Below are positions 62,528 to 64,000 of a DNA stretch of 64,000 nt, piece after piece (position 1 is the stretch's first letter; each line of letters opens with the position of its first letter). The DNA comes from Felis catus. Lineage: Eukaryota. The notes beneath the pieces are model-generated. The model did not search any database. It saw only the letters and a list, made by a program, of their open reading frames with translations, and was not told the DNA's origin. The stretch covers positions 172,424,001-172,488,000 of the forward strand of contig NC_058368.1 of the NCBI RefSeq assembly GCF_018350175.1. Direction: 5' to 3'. Made by a program: the position numbers and the translations under genes.

Positions 62528-63169
62528 TTTGTAAACAGTAAGCCCAACAAAGCTCCATCTCCTGTAGCATGAGATGGCTTGTAAGGGGCTCTAATAGGAC
62601 TTTGAAAGGGCCACCAGTAATCTTTCTGTTCCAAAATGTTGACAACGTCTTGACAGTTTTCACACCCCTTGATTCTAAAACACCAAGGCAGCTGATCCAA
62701 ACAAGAGGGAGATAGGATATGGATGGTGGCAGCTGAAAAGTATTAAAAAACCTCAGTATCCCATACTTGGAATAAAGAAAAGGGAAACAAATCAAAAGTT
62801 AGCATGAAACATGAGACGTTGGTCAAGTGGTTAAACCAAAAAGGCAACTCTTATCTGTCTCACCACTACTTATTATTTCCTTATTTACTGATAAATTCCT
62901 TATTTATTTACATACATTTTGAAAATTTTTCTGTATTGGCTGAAATAAGTGGATTTGGAGTATTCTTCAAAGTAATATAACTCTGAACTCTACATCAAAT
63001 AAAGTTGAGTTAATAGTGAATTATATTAATAATTATGACCATATAGAAGATTTGCATGATAATGGACAGCATTTTAACTCAACTTCCAACACCTGTATGT
63101 TATCACCAAAGAAAAAAAAAGCTGCTTGGACTGTTGGATAAAGAGAGTAGCAAAACTTGTTATGTCCAT

Positions 63170-63377
63170 TTTTTTTAATGTTTATTTATTTATTTTGAGA
63201 GAGAGAGAGAGAGAGCGGTCATGCATGCACACACTCGCATGAGTGGGGGAGTGGCAGAGAGAGGGAGGGAGAGAATCCTGACTCTCGGCTCAAACTCAAA
63301 CTCATGAACCGTGAGATCACGACCTGGGCGGGAATCCAGAGTCAGATGCTTAACTGACTGAGCCACCCAGGAGACCC
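63170..63377 (-). mobile_element. CanSINE
   Basis: T tail, (GA)n, reverse head. Confidence 0.85.
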
Positions 63378-64000
63378 GTTACTCCCGTTTTTTAAATTCA
63401 CTAATTGTATTTGCACAACTCATAACTGTCTTTTTTTTTTCTCCTTTAAAAATGTAAATCACAGCAGACACTGACACAATGCATAGCTCACTAGACTTCT
63501 AACACAGGGGAAAATGTAAACCACTTTTGCAAAAAGACTTTAAGCATGAAATTAAATCTTTAAAACGGGCAAATTTGAAGCCAAATTGTCCAAAGGATTC
63601 TAAAGGAAGCTGGCCTTGGACAACAGGATGCACAGAATTACTCCATCTGCATCAAAATGAGGCAACTCTGCTTATAATGTCATCATTTGAAATATTAGGG
63701 GAAACTCATGAAACAGCGATAGCTGGCTTTTCAAATAACAAACAACACAAAGCCAACTGGATTATTTGCCTCTCCATATAACCCACTAATTTGTCTATTT
63801 ACTCTAATTCAGCTTCAATCATTTGGAAATAAATGGTTCAAGATTCTGATAAGTTTCTATCAACCCTATATTCTAGACACTTCTGTAGCTCCTCTCAGAA
63901 ATCCAATATTTTATTTGTACTGTCCCAATTCTCTGAAAACCTAAAGGGTGATAAGCTTGCCCTGTGCTGAAGAATCTCTTATTCTTTGATTCTGAGCAAT

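Noticed and set aside
29130..64000. Upstream exons of the long MCC isoform
   Set aside because: I found no matching peptide with splice sites by eye; these exons probably lie beyond the window, although a missed small exon cannot be excluded.

Overview
Mammalian, felid (cat-like) genomic DNA: it is dense with tRNA-derived CanSINEs (felid SINEC type), carnivore L1 3' ends, and older L2, MIR, MLT1 and DNA-transposon relics. The window lies inside the MCC gene, which is transcribed on the minus strand. The only protein-coding exon I can support is the first exon of the short MCC isoform (MNSGVALKYGNDSSAELSE|GTAAG, 28395-28451), in a CpG island at about 28.1-29.1 kb; its 5' leader carries three short upstream ORFs. 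The most notable element is a decayed plus-strand coding fossil at about 43565-44825. Its three-frame translation matches bornavirus nucleoprotein motifs colinearly from the N- to the C-terminus, so it is a probable endogenous bornavirus-like N element (EBLN) lying antisense in an MCC intron. That match was made by eye against a recalled sequence and needs a database search. Several retroposon stacks reuse the same target site (target-site duplications seen three times). Almost all ORFs in the supplied track are repeat-derived or chance. Repeat subfamily names and old-repeat boundaries are by-eye estimates.
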